DNA from: Halofilum sp. (in: g-proteobacteria)
GTDB lineage: Bacteria > Pseudomonadota > Gammaproteobacteria > XJ16 > Halofilaceae
NCBI GenBank assembly: GCA_040880995.1
Contig: JBBEEB010000104.1
Coordinates: 128-64,127 of the forward strand
DNA length: 64,000 nucleotides
Direction: 5' to 3'
A model generated the notes under the pieces. That model was not told the DNA's origin. It ran no database searches and worked only from the letters and a program-made list of their open reading frames with translations. Shown here piece by piece: positions 1 to 9,824 of this stretch. Numbering within the stretch: the first letter of the stretch is position 1; every line of letters starts with the position of its first letter. A program made the position numbers and the translations under genes.

Positions 1-91
1 GGAACTGGAACACGACGGTGCCACGACGGCGCTGGCCCTCGATAGCTAACGCATACCCACCGGGCCGCGCGGCAAGGAAGACGGCCACCGC

Positions 92-1087
92 TCACGCGCC
101 ATTGGGGGTCTGGGCGTCCTGCGGCAGCAAGCCCTCGTGTTTCAATTCGGCCCAGAGGTCGGCCGGCACCGCCTGCCCCATCAAGGCCCGGTTCTGCAGA
201 ACCCGGTCGGGATGTTTGGCACCCGGGATGATCGCGGCCACGGCCGGATGCGCCGCGCTGAACTGCATGGCGGCGGTGCGCAGATCGACGCCGTGCCGCT
301 CGCTGATCTCCGCCATGCGGTCACGGCGGGCGACGAGCGTGGAGTCGGCCTCGGCATAGGCGTAGTGCCGCCCACCGGCCAGCAAGCCCGAAGCGAAGGG
401 CGAGCCGACAACCACGCGCACACCGCGTTCGACACAGGCGGGAAACAGTTCCTCCGCCCCGGTCTGATCGAGCAGGTGATACTGCGTGGCAAGCAGGAAT
501 ACGTCCGGGTCAGATTCGCGCAATGCCCGCAGGCAGGGCTCGACGTGGTTGACGCCCAAGCCCCAGCCGCGAATCACGCCCTCCTCGCGCAGCTGCGATA
601 GCGCCTGCGCAGCACCCTTCATGGCCGTTGCGAAATGCTCGGTCCACTCGGGGCCCAGCGCATCCTCGGCGAGGTCATGAATGAAGACATAGTCGATGCG
701 GCCCACGCCGAGGCGCTGGAGGCTATCTTCCAGGGCGCGCTTCGCGCCATCGCCAGAATAATCGAGCCGGCGACGGAACCAGAGACCATGGACGAACGGC
801 GGCATCGCCTCCGGGCCCGCGGGCGCCGGTTCGAGCACGCGTCCGACCTTGGTCGACAGCACGTACTCATCACGCGGCTTGGTTGCCAGGAAGGAACCGA
901 AGCGCTGCTCCGACAGGCCCGCGCCGTAATGCGGCGCGGTATCGAAATAGCGCACGCCGCTGTCCCAGGCGGCTTCGAGTGTGCGATAAGCCGTCGGGTT
1001 GTCGGTGCGCGCGAACATGTCGCCGAGGGGCGCGCCGCCAAAGCCCAGCGGTCCGGGAATCGCGACGCGTGGCTGTCCATTAGCCAT
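92..1087 (-). CDS. Aldo/keto reductase (D-threo-aldose/pyridoxal dehydrogenase-like)
   Basis: LGFGGAPLG, FDTAPHYG, STKVGR and IHD motifs of AKRs. ATG at 1087 follows AGGAGG, so the start is trimmed from the ORF-track 1138. Confidence 0.9.
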   Translation of the reverse strand: MANGQPRVAIPGPLGFGGAPLGDMFARTDNPTAYRTLEAAWDSGVRYFDTAPHYGAGLSEQRFGSFLATKPRDEYVLSTKVGRVLEPAPAGPEAMPPFVHGLWFRRRLDYSGDGAKRALEDSLQRLGVGRIDYVFIHDLAEDALGPEWTEHFATAMKGAAQALSQLREEGVIRGWGLGVNHVEPCLRALRESDPDVFLLATQYHLLDQTGAEELFPACVERGVRVVVGSPFASGLLAGGRHYAYAEADSTLVARRDRMAEISERHGVDLRTAAMQFSAAHPAVAAIIPGAKHPDRVLQNRALMGQAVPADLWAELKHEGLLPQDAQTPNGA

Positions 1088-1223
1088 GACTGCGCCTCCT
1101 GCGAGATCGGGGATGTGGCAGGTTCGACAGCGTGGCACGGGTCTCGTTCGCGGACCTCAATTAGGCCGGGCAGCAGATCGCAAGGTAGCCGATTCCGACC
1201 GGCCCTCTCCCGCTCTCACGAGC

Positions 1224-1676
1224 TCACTGGGTAGGTTGCTTCCCAAGCTCCTGAGCAAGCCCGATGAGAATGCATTCGGGGCCGCGGATGTAGCAGAGGC
1301 GATAGGTGTCTTCGTACTGGACCACTTCGCCGACAAGCTCCGCACCGAATTTGCCGACTCGGGCCAGCGTATCGTTGATGTCCTCCACGGTGAACATGAC
1401 TCGCAGGTAACCGAGCGCGTTCACTGGCGCGCTGCGGTGATCGTCGGCCACAGCGGGCGCGAGGAACCGAGACAGCTCAATCCGGCCATGTCCGTCCGGC
1501 GTACGCATCATGGCAATCTCGACACGCATGTCGGGTAATCCAGTGACCCGTCCCGCCCAGGCCCCCTCAATCGGCGCGCGTCCTTCGAGTTCCAGGCCGA
1601 GTTCGCTGAAGAACGCAATGGCGGCGTCGAGATCCTCGACCACGAGACCAACATTGTCCATTCGCTTGACCGTCAT
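1224..1676 (-). CDS. VOC (glyoxalase/bleomycin resistance) family protein
   Basis: MDNVGLVVEDLDAAIAFF ... IELSRF ... LCYIRGPE..LIGLAQE, a typical VOC pattern. Confidence 0.85.
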   Translation of the reverse strand: MTVKRMDNVGLVVEDLDAAIAFFSELGLELEGRAPIEGAWAGRVTGLPDMRVEIAMMRTPDGHGRIELSRFLAPAVADDHRSAPVNALGYLRVMFTVEDINDTLARVGKFGAELVGEVVQYEDTYRLCYIRGPECILIGLAQELGKQPTQ

Positions 1677-1796
1677 ACTGTGCCCCGGCGCTCAACGCCA
1701 CGCTATTCCGCAGGTAGGGGAATCGAAGGCTTGCGTTTCAGGGTAGTCGAGCCGCCCCGGCGGGAGTCTCTACTCTGACCCCGAATATCGTGGGTT

Positions 1797-4700
1797 CTAC
1801 CACTCGAAGCGCTCGTCACGCTCGCGATTCCCCTTCTCTTCGGCTTTACGTTCCCTTTCAACATCCTCAGAAAATGTTCGTGTGGCCGCCAAAGCCCAAT
1901 TCGCCACGATTGGATCATCGTGGGTCTGCAATGCTTCAAGCAGCGGAATTCTCTTGCGCATGGCTTCCGCCCGCGAGCCTGTCCACGACCGAGGCTCCAT
2001 GCGGTTAAGATAAGCATGGAGGACCTGCTCCTTCTGATCCGTGCGATCAATCAACTCCATTGCGGCGTCTGTCCATTCGTATGCCTTGTCGGAACCATCA
2101 GCATTTTCGTTTTCGCTCTTCCAAGCACGGATCATGTGAGCGGCAACTAATGTCCGCCTCTCAGGGGATTCCTCGACCCACTCAAAAAGGGTTCCTGCCG
2201 GAATTCCCGAGAACGGTGAGACCAAATGGCCCACTGCACGCGTCGCCGTGAATACCATGTCTTCGTCTAGGTCCTCGTCTTCATTGAAGGACTCCAGCAA
2301 CTCTTCCAACACTATGCGTGGGAATTTCTGCGAAAGCGCTCCGATGAATTGAGCGCAATCGTGCGTATAGATCTCGCGCGCCGAAATATGGCGCCTTAGT
2401 TTCTTGAGGCTGTCTCTGACTAAAGTCTCATGACGACCGGGCTGAATACATGCCTCGATGACATCCTTAAGCCGATGGGCTTCCCGGTCTTTCTGAGCAA
2501 ACTTGCCCAGACCCGCGAGTAGTATCTCCGCACAACGAATCTCGCCTTCACCGATACATCGCTGATCCTCTCGCCGCATTGAAAAGCAGCGCATGTACAG
2601 CAGCTCCAGTGCATGGTCGTAACTATCATCCATCGTATAGACGGCGCTCCAGAGCGCGCAGAACTGCTCTGATGTTAAATCGTCCGTCGTCCGGCCCCAT
2701 GCCAGGCGGTGATACTGCGCCGCGCGTACTTCTTCGATCTGCGTAGCGTCGATTAGTCGCTTTAGGCCTTGATCATCGAGCCCAAAAACGGTATGGAGTA
2801 CGACGATGTATGGGGTCAGTGTGGGGTCCGAAAGAGCACTGTCCAATAAGTCTTGAACAAATTTCGGGTCACGCTGGCTTGCGCCATCCACGTATCCAAC
2901 CAGTACATTGGCGCTGGCGTCTCTTTCCTCGTCACTCTGCTCAGCAACGTGTCGGCGAATCAGCTCCCAATCGCGGCTTAGGTCTGGTGTTGCCGCTGCT
3001 GCTCCGGCCCCGACCTGCCAAAGCCTGCTGTGTTCGCGGCTCCAAAGAAGCGGGAGGTGCTTCTGAAGCAGTCCGGGTGTTTGAACGAGCTCCGCCCCAA
3101 TCGCTTCGCACTTCGCATCGACGCTCTTTCGTTTGGCCTCGATCTTCGAAGCATCTTCGCCGTCCGTGGCTGGATCAAAATCCCCCAAATCGCGGCTGCT
3201 CCATAAGGGTGCGAGCGCGTACACAGCGATCTTTTCTTCCAAACTGGACGGAGTGAGTTGTTCCGCTAATTGCTCCAACGCCGCCGCGTGCGAACTGTTG
3301 TCCTTTGCCGCTAACCGGTGGGCCTTGCGCACGGCTGACCAGACATCGGGCCACGGGCGGTTCGCCCGAATCTGATTGATGATGTTGATGAGTTGATTAC
3401 CATCCCTCATTTGAGACGCGATGTTGGGAATTTTGTCGGTGAGCAAGCGCCGAACTCGCTGTGAATGAGCAGTAGACTTTTCGTCGAGCTCCACACAGAA
3501 TTTCAGTGCGCTTTCGAACCAGAGACTTACGTCCATATTTGTAGCCGGCTGGTATCCGAAGTCTCGGCGCCGACTACCAAACTGATGGTTGTAAGGCGAC
3601 GAGAAGAAGCGAGTCTCCAACATCGCCTCAAGCGCATTGATCAGTAAGTCGAGTGACGGCTTGTCGTCCCGTTCTGCAAGTTTTCGGAGCACGTCGATCC
3701 GCTGCTCGACGTTTGCATGCGTGCCCGAAAGCAGGATAAAGAAAAGTGAGCGAAAAATGTTGCAGGCGTCGCTGGTATTGTTGGATTTGGTTTTCGTGCC
3801 GGCGAGCGTCGCCAAGAGCAAAGCGGCACGGTCAAAGTACTCGACGTCGTAGCAGATTGACCGCAGCAATTCAGCTGGTCGCATCGCACTAAGGACGCCT
3901 TGATTCTCGGTCAACCTATTGCTCTCTACCGCGCGTTCTATAGCATCGAGGGTGGCGTCGATATCGACGGAAGCAACGTTCGAGAATAGTGTCTGCCCGA
4001 GTTCATTGACGGCGCCAATATCTCCAAGCCACCCTCCCGGAGACAACCACTGAGTAATCAGGGCTCGTACTTCAGCTACATCATGAAGATCACCTAGGCG
4101 CTTCGAAAAGGACTTGATGAGGCGTTCTGGCGTCTTGGAATTAGTGAATAGCTGAGCGATATGGCTGATCGGCAAGCGCTGAATTGCTTGTTTCGCAAGC
4201 CGTTGCGCCAGTGCGTGTGGAAGGATTGCTCGCCAGCGCCCTCTGCTTTGAACGAGGTGACGCTGTTTCAGCTCGGCCACCTGCGCGTAGAGATCCAGGT
4301 GTGAGATACGAGCGAGACTGGCAAGCACAAGCAGTTCCGCATGTGCGTCTTCTTGCGTCTCGGCATCAAAAGAATAGACCAGTGAGCACACTTGAGCGGC
4401 TTTCGTGAGGTCCGGCGCATCTGGTTTCCGCTGACGGAACAATCGCTCAAAGAGCTGCCCATCGGTCAAATTCGCAAGCGATTGTCCGGGCTCCGACGTG
4501 CTCGCAATCGCAAGTGCGACCCGGGCATTACCTTCCGAAAAGTTAGCGATTGCCTGCGTCTCGGGGCTGCTCAGAGTGGGATGGTGCTGCTCGACGATCT
4601 TCCTGACGATTTCTGGTGAAGATGGCTCCATCCGGACAACGTTCGTGTTCTCAGGCGTGTCGTCCGAAATGTCGTACTCGACCGTGATCAATCTAACGTG

Positions 4701-5654
4701 AGCGCCGTTGTTCTTGATTGATAACGCGAGCTTGCCGTGCAACTCCGCACCGCAGTTGTCGATGATCAAGACGCAAGGCCTTCCAAGGTCATGAAGGAGG
4801 CTCAGCAGCTCTTGCGGGACCGGGTGAGGATTGTCGCTAATGTCTGTATAGATGACTTCAGAGGGGCTCAACGCCTGTTCCCCAGCACGGTCGTCAAAGA
4901 GCGCGTGGACGAGTTTGGTCTTTCCGACGCCGGACAAACCCACCAACCGAACCACACTTTTAGGCTTGCGCAACTCATCGCGTAGACGCTCAATCCCGGC
5001 AGCGGTATCGATGCCTTCGGGTTCTGACGAGAGGCAAAAGTTCAATCGCAGTTGATCATCGTGCAGGTAAGGCTCGTCACTCGGAGCGCTGGACCAGTCA
5101 CAAAAGGGCCGCCATCCCGAAAATGGTTGACCGATGGTGGTCTTGACCCAGTTAATGAGCCCCGGGTGTTGATTGACCCATGTCGCCAACCGCTGTCTGT
5201 CATAAAAATCGACCAGGAGCTGACCGTTCAATTTCGCGCGCGCCACGCAAGCCCGCATTGCCTCGCGGCGATTCTTGAGAGGAGTATCGGCAACGGACCC
5301 CTTCGAACTGACGATAATATAGGCCCCGTTTCCCTCGGCAATATCCTCAATGGACTTTAGGAGCGTCCCATCGGGGGCCATTTCGTCGCGGATTTTCGAT
5401 GCAGGCATATCTGTCGCTTTCGCCTGAAAGCCAGTCGCTCGCCGAGGGACGAACCCGTCAATAGTTGCCTCATCACCAAGTTCTACACGGACGTCAATAC
5501 CGCCATCTTTTGCATTTTGGTCTCCACCTGAAAGCACTGCGGCTGGCGACAGTCCCCTTTGGGAAAGTTCTTGTTCAGCGAGCAGTGCAACCAGTCGCCG
5601 GAGCGGGTCGTCCCCGAGTTGCGCAATATCCTCAGCAGTGACTTCGAAAATCAT
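1797..5654 (-). CDS. 1285-aa PD-(D/E)xK nuclease-like + STAND-type P-loop NTPase + long helical C-terminus; candidate Avs-like defence protein
   Basis: D50-GGID54...Q77-A-K79; Walker A GLSGVGKT (239-246); Walker B LIIDN (296-300); GNAR (375-378) at the GxP position. GC is lower than flanks: 29/60 at 2281-2340 vs ~39/60 in a copA line. Confidence 0.75.
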   Translation of the reverse strand: MIFEVTAEDIAQLGDDPLRRLVALLAEQELSQRGLSPAAVLSGGDQNAKDGGIDVRVELGDEATIDGFVPRRATGFQAKATDMPASKIRDEMAPDGTLLKSIEDIAEGNGAYIIVSSKGSVADTPLKNRREAMRACVARAKLNGQLLVDFYDRQRLATWVNQHPGLINWVKTTIGQPFSGWRPFCDWSSAPSDEPYLHDDQLRLNFCLSSEPEGIDTAAGIERLRDELRKPKSVVRLVGLSGVGKTKLVHALFDDRAGEQALSPSEVIYTDISDNPHPVPQELLSLLHDLGRPCVLIIDNCGAELHGKLALSIKNNGAHVRLITVEYDISDDTPENTNVVRMEPSSPEIVRKIVEQHHPTLSSPETQAIANFSEGNARVALAIASTSEPGQSLANLTDGQLFERLFRQRKPDAPDLTKAAQVCSLVYSFDAETQEDAHAELLVLASLARISHLDLYAQVAELKQRHLVQSRGRWRAILPHALAQRLAKQAIQRLPISHIAQLFTNSKTPERLIKSFSKRLGDLHDVAEVRALITQWLSPGGWLGDIGAVNELGQTLFSNVASVDIDATLDAIERAVESNRLTENQGVLSAMRPAELLRSICYDVEYFDRAALLLATLAGTKTKSNNTSDACNIFRSLFFILLSGTHANVEQRIDVLRKLAERDDKPSLDLLINALEAMLETRFFSSPYNHQFGSRRRDFGYQPATNMDVSLWFESALKFCVELDEKSTAHSQRVRRLLTDKIPNIASQMRDGNQLINIINQIRANRPWPDVWSAVRKAHRLAAKDNSSHAAALEQLAEQLTPSSLEEKIAVYALAPLWSSRDLGDFDPATDGEDASKIEAKRKSVDAKCEAIGAELVQTPGLLQKHLPLLWSREHSRLWQVGAGAAAATPDLSRDWELIRRHVAEQSDEERDASANVLVGYVDGASQRDPKFVQDLLDSALSDPTLTPYIVVLHTVFGLDDQGLKRLIDATQIEEVRAAQYHRLAWGRTTDDLTSEQFCALWSAVYTMDDSYDHALELLYMRCFSMRREDQRCIGEGEIRCAEILLAGLGKFAQKDREAHRLKDVIEACIQPGRHETLVRDSLKKLRRHISAREIYTHDCAQFIGALSQKFPRIVLEELLESFNEDEDLDEDMVFTATRAVGHLVSPFSGIPAGTLFEWVEESPERRTLVAAHMIRAWKSENENADGSDKAYEWTDAAMELIDRTDQKEQVLHAYLNRMEPRSWTGSRAEAMRKRIPLLEALQTHDDPIVANWALAATRTFSEDVERERKAEEKGNRERDERFEW

Positions 5655-6164
5655 CCCGGCCTAAACCTGTTCAATAAATCTACTTGCCGCAGCGTATTAT
5701 CTCTGTAGTGAAGGCCAAAACCAGCCGTCCGGAGCTCTACGAGCGGACCTCTAATCGACGAAGATCGGTGCGTTCTCAGAGAGCCTGGGAATCGGGTCCT
5801 GATTCAGTAGCCGTGACAGCGGAGATCTACCCGGCTGCTTTGAGCTGTAAGCGGACTGCCCCGGCGAGATGCGTCGGAGTCTGCCAAGCGCCCTTACCGG
5901 AAGTTACGATGTCCGCCTATCACTCAAGAATCTGACCGCCTAATTCTTTCGTGACCGATCGCCATTTTCGCCTCAATCCTGCCGAATTCCGCGCAATAAC
6001 GCCAACTTAGAGTGCCCGCCAGTACACAATAGTGTTTTCGCTCCTGCGTGATAGGTGGACATCAGCCGTATAACACGCACCGCATAGCAGCCCTCCGTTC
6101 GCCACAACGGCCGGTGCTAAAATCGGTTGCTCCGATCCCGTGAGACTACTGCCAACCTTCGCTG

Positions 6165-6578
6165 ATGCTGCAACTGACGCGCGATATCACGATCGCCGAA
6201 GACGAGGTCGAGCTCACGGCCATTGGTGCCAGTGGCCCGGGCGGCCAGCACGTAAACAAGGCGTCCACGGCGGTGCACTTGCGCTTCGACGTCGCGAGCT
6301 CGTCGTTGCCGGAGCGGTACAAGCGCCGGTTGCTCGCCATGCACGATCACCGCATCACGCGCGACGGAGTGGTGGTGATCAAGGCGCAGGAATATCGGAG
6401 TCGCGAGAAGAACGAGCAGAGCGCGCTCGAGCGGCTGGGGGAGTTGATCGAGGCGGCTGGGACCGAGCGCAAGCCGCGCCGTCCCACGCGGCCGAGTAAG
6501 CGTGCACGCGGCCGGCGCACGGATCGGAAGACGCAGCGGGGTCGTACAAAGTCGCTGCGCAAGCCGCCGCAGGACTGA
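6165..6578 (+). CDS. arfB: Alternative ribosome rescue peptidyl-tRNA hydrolase ArfB (YaeJ)
   Basis: SGPGGQHVNK (GGQ motif), AQEYRSRE.N and a basic C-terminal tail PRRPTRPSKR. Confidence 0.93.
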   Translation: MLQLTRDITIAEDEVELTAIGASGPGGQHVNKASTAVHLRFDVASSSLPERYKRRLLAMHDHRITRDGVVVIKAQEYRSREKNEQSALERLGELIEAAGTERKPRRPTRPSKRARGRRTDRKTQRGRTKSLRKPPQD

Positions 6579-6588
6579 GCGGCGCGCT

Positions 6589-7101
6589 TTAGCCGGCGTT
6601 GCGCTCCAGCACCTGCGGCAGCCACACCAGATCGGTCACGCCGACATCCTTGCCGAATTGACTCAGCAGCGTCGTGAGCTGACCGCGGTGGTGAGTCTGG
6701 TGGTTGAAGAAGTGCGTGACCGCCAGCCACATCTCGTACTTACGCTCACCCGGACGGACGGCGCTGGTATAGCGCAGCGTGGCGTTCAGATCGTCCTCGA
6801 TCAGCGATTCGGCCCATTCGGCGATGCGCACATCGAGCGCTTCGCGCGCGGCGCGCAGTTCTTGGAAGTCGTGGTGTAGCTCCTGACCGAGGCTCTCGAA
6901 GTGGAAGGGCTCGCCGGTGAAGCGGCCGAGCCATATCTGATCGGTCAGTACCAGGTGGTTGAGCGTGCCGTGGATCGACTTGAAGAAGGCGCCGCAATCG
7001 CGACGGCGCTGCTCGTCGGTGAGCTCGGCGCAGACGCCGTATAGGCGCTCGTTCATCCAGCGGTTGTAGGCGGCTAGGTCGCGAGCTTGTTCCGGGCGCA
7101 T
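6589..7101 (-). CDS. DinB family protein
   Basis: FFKSIHGTLNH...D.IW and HFFNHQTHHRGQ His motifs. Confidence 0.88.
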   Translation of the reverse strand: MRPEQARDLAAYNRWMNERLYGVCAELTDEQRRRDCGAFFKSIHGTLNHLVLTDQIWLGRFTGEPFHFESLGQELHHDFQELRAAREALDVRIAEWAESLIEDDLNATLRYTSAVRPGERKYEMWLAVTHFFNHQTHHRGQLTTLLSQFGKDVGVTDLVWLPQVLERNAG

Positions 7102-7130
7102 GTTGTACTCCTTTGAAGTATCGCGTGGTT

Positions 7131-7163
7131 CCCCGGATTCCGCTGGCGCTCCATCCGGGCTAC
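7131..7163 (-). repeat. GTAG-family REP palindrome (GTAGCCCGGATGGAGCG...GCGGAATCCGGGG)
   Basis: Plus strand CCCCGGATTCCGCTGGCGCTCCATCCGGGCTAC is an imperfect palindrome ending in CTAC. It is extragenic, between DUF488 and DinB. Confidence 0.7.
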
Positions 7164-7184
7164 GGCTTCCGAAACCGACATTCT

Positions 7185-7655
7185 CTATAACTCCAACCCG
7201 AGCTGACCGTTATCCGGGTCGGGGATTAAGTGGCGGGCCGCCAACCCCGTACGGGCTTCCAGCGCTTTGGCCACTTCGCGCCGGTGGCATTCACGCACGT
7301 CGCGCTCATAGCAGAGCAGCGCTATGTGCCCCGCCAGCTCGCCGGGAAGTTGGTCGAGCAATCCCTGCTGGCGTTGGCCGGCCAGGTGCTCGGCGTAGCC
7401 CACGAAGAACTCGTCCGCTGTGCATTGCCCCTGCTTGATCCGATCGCGCAGCGGCTTGGGCGCGCCCAGTGCTCCTTCATGGCGGTAATCGATCCCGACT
7501 TCGGCGAGGGCAGCGGCGAGCGCCTTTTTGGCGAATGCGGGTCGGCGGGAGATCGGCGCCTCGCGCACGTCCAGTACCACACCCGCGCGGCGCAGCGTGG
7601 CCAGGAAGGCTTCCAGGCTAGCGCCCTCGTAGCCGATCGTGCACAAGCCGTTCAT
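7185..7655 (-). CDS. DUF488 domain protein
   Basis: LCTIGYEG, DVRE.PISR, ALLCYERD..ECHRR. Start trimmed to MNGLCTIG. Confidence 0.85.
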   Translation of the reverse strand: MNGLCTIGYEGASLEAFLATLRRAGVVLDVREAPISRRPAFAKKALAAALAEVGIDYRHEGALGAPKPLRDRIKQGQCTADEFFVGYAEHLAGQRQQGLLDQLPGELAGHIALLCYERDVRECHRREVAKALEARTGLAARHLIPDPDNGQLGLEL

Positions 7656-7736
7656 GGCCGCATCGTAGCCGATGCAGCCGTTACTCACCTGGCACTAGGC
7701 CCGTGCGCGCCGCCCAATGGGGTCCATTTGCATGTA

Positions 7737-7756
7737 TTAACTAAACGGTTTATTAA
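7737..7756. promoter_or_regulatory. AT-rich imperfect palindrome, candidate TetR operator
   Basis: TTAACTAAAC-G-GTTTATTAA immediately upstream of the TetR start (7763). Confidence 0.5.
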
Positions 7757-7762
7757 TTACCC

Positions 7763-8431
7763 ATGAGCAAGCCCGAAAAACCCGCTGGATCGCGGGCCGT
7801 GGCGCGCCAGCCGGGGCGCCCGCGGGGCGATTCGCAGCTACGTGATCGGTTGCTGGAAGCGGCCCTGGCCGAGTTCGCCGAGCACGGGTTTGGTGGTGCG
7901 TCGATGCGACGCATCGCGCAGGCCGCCGGCGCGACACCGGCAATGGCGCACTACTACTTCGGCGACAAACGCGGGCTGTATCGGGCGATTCTCGAACACA
8001 CCCTCGCCCCCGCGCTCGCGGAGATTCGGGGGCAGACGCAGGAAGCGCTGGAGGGCGGCGATCCGATTGCGCGCTTCGTGCGGGCGTTCATGCGCCGGCT
8101 GGCCGGGGAACCCGGGATCGCGGCAGTTCTAGCGCGCGACCTGCTCACACCCGATAGTGAGATCCGCGAGGTACTCATCCGTGGCTCCGGGCGCAGCGGC
8201 GCCGATGCAGTGCGTGGCATCATTCGTCACGAGATCGGCTGCGGCAGGCTGCGCCGCGACCTCGACCCCGAACTCGCGGCGCTGTCACTGCTAAGCCTGT
8301 GCGCCTTCCCCTTCCTCGCCCCACCCGTCGCCGGCCACGTGCTGGACGAGCCGCCCACGCCGGAGCAAGTCGAGCGCTTGGCCACCCATACGCTGGCGCT
8401 GTTCTTCCAGGGTGCGGAGGTACGGCCGTGA
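7763..8431 (+). CDS. TetR/AcrR family transcriptional regulator
   Basis: LLEAALAEFAEHGF..ASMRRIAQAAG.TPAMAHYYFGDK helix-turn-helix. Confidence 0.93.
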   Translation: MSKPEKPAGSRAVARQPGRPRGDSQLRDRLLEAALAEFAEHGFGGASMRRIAQAAGATPAMAHYYFGDKRGLYRAILEHTLAPALAEIRGQTQEALEGGDPIARFVRAFMRRLAGEPGIAAVLARDLLTPDSEIREVLIRGSGRSGADAVRGIIRHEIGCGRLRRDLDPELAALSLLSLCAFPFLAPPVAGHVLDEPPTPEQVERLATHTLALFFQGAEVRP

Positions 8432-8500
8432 ATTGTCGGCTCTCGGCAATGCCCCGCGCGAGTTAACTCCTTTCGCGCACACTCCGCCGGATCGCCAACA

Positions 8501-9127
8501 CTACGTTCGGGCGATCACCCAAACGCCGACAATTATCATCACCCCTGCCGCTACAAAGTGGAGCACCTCACCCACGCGCGGACTGACAACTCGACCCGCC
8601 CGATCGGCCACATAGGCGTACACGAGTTTCACGCCCCCGACGGCAAGCACGGTAATCGCCAAGATCGCCGCGACATCGAAGACCGTGAGCGCCGTTAAAT
8701 CGACAAACGCGGGAAAGAAACCGAAGTAGAACAGCAGGGCCTTCTGATCGGCCAACGTCACGAGAAGGCCGGCGGCGAAACTGGAGACGCGCGTGGGCGC
8801 CGGGCCGGAGTCCGGGCGGGCCATCGCGCCCGACCTGCCGCGCACGAGCATATAGCCGAGTGCGATGAGGTAGGCGCCGCCCAGATACCGGACGAGTGCG
8901 AAGAAGTCTCCCAGCGACTCTACGAGCAGGACCAGGCCGAAGATCGCGACGACTACGAAAAGCACGTCGGCCGCCAGAATGCCCGCGCTCACGAGGGCGC
9001 CGTGCGCGAACCCCGCGCTCGCCGCACGCGCGGACACGAGCAGGACGCTTACGCTGGGAACGGCTGCCAATACGGCCATGGCGCCGAATAGCCCGGCCAT
9101 GCTGGACAGCGTGAGGCTCAGCTGCAC
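8501..9127 (-). CDS. LysE/RhtB family translocator
   Basis: PS.SVLLV..R....GF..G, YLGGAYLI.LG and F..G..VTL...KA..FY..FFP. Probable GTG start at 9127. Confidence 0.85.
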   Translation of the reverse strand: MQLSLTLSSMAGLFGAMAVLAAVPSVSVLLVSARAASAGFAHGALVSAGILAADVLFVVVAIFGLVLLVESLGDFFALVRYLGGAYLIALGYMLVRGRSGAMARPDSGPAPTRVSSFAAGLLVTLADQKALLFYFGFFPAFVDLTALTVFDVAAILAITVLAVGGVKLVYAYVADRAGRVVSPRVGEVLHFVAAGVMIIVGVWVIART

Positions 9128-9246
9128 GGCTCGACCGTTGGGCGGACCGTGGACGTGTGCGAGCGCCGTACCGCCCACGACGAGCTGCGGGCACGTAGCA
9201 GCACGCGCTCGTTAGACACGCTCAGCAAACCTGCCCGGATTGGGCG

Positions 9247-9687
9247 TCACAGTTGCTGGTAGGTCGCGTAGATGCTGGGTGCTTGAGCCGCCTGGGCGGG
9301 GATGGTCCAGACCTGTAGCGGCTCGCGCAGCCCCTCTCCCATCCCCGGGGAGCCGATCGGCATGCCCGGCACGGCGATACCCGCCACATCCGGTTGCTCC
9401 GACAGCAGGCGACGGATGCTGTCGATCGGCACGTGGCCCTCGACCACGTAGCCGTCGATGACCATCGTGTGGCAGGAAGCCAGCGGGCGGGGCACGCCCT
9501 GCTCCGACTTCACCGCGCCGAGGTCGTCGGCGGCGATGATCTCGATCTTGAGGCCATGATCGCGCAGGTACTCGGCGTGGGCCTCGCAGCAGCCGCAGTT
9601 CGGGTCGCGATAGAGCTCTCCCGAACCGGCCGCCAGGACGCCGCTCGACAGACTCGCGGCCAGCAGTAACAGCGCGGTGCGGATCAT
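9247..9687 (-). CDS. DUF411 periplasmic metal-binding protein (CopG-like)
   Basis: Signal peptide followed by P.CGCC, SCHT, EGHVP and PGMP.GSPGM motifs. Confidence 0.88.
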   Translation of the reverse strand: MIRTALLLLAASLSSGVLAAGSGELYRDPNCGCCEAHAEYLRDHGLKIEIIAADDLGAVKSEQGVPRPLASCHTMVIDGYVVEGHVPIDSIRRLLSEQPDVAGIAVPGMPIGSPGMGEGLREPLQVWTIPAQAAQAPSIYATYQQL

Positions 9688-9824
9688 CTTGTCTCTCCCA
9701 GGTCAGTACGGTTCGGGCATCGTCCGTTCGCGGGCAAGTGCGAAGCCGGGACTCGCAATATAGGGCCGGCTTGTAGGGCATGGCAATTGGCACGCACGCG
9801 CGGCCGCCGGCGTCGTCAGCGGAC

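Noticed and set aside
1-49. 3' end of a plus-strand gene (..ELEHDGATTALALDS*)
   Set aside because: Only 15 codons are visible, too few to call.
1677-1796. GTTGAGC before the VOC gene as a cassette R' box, and CTCTGACCCC as a mobile-element end motif
   Set aside because: No complementary RYYYAAC and no second copy; short motifs are expected by chance.
9127-9217. attC-like site (GTCTAAC on the minus strand after DUF411, followed by an imperfect hairpin)
   Set aside because: No matching GTTRRRY R' box or L boxes at the right spacing, and no integron integrase in the window. At most a degenerate relic.
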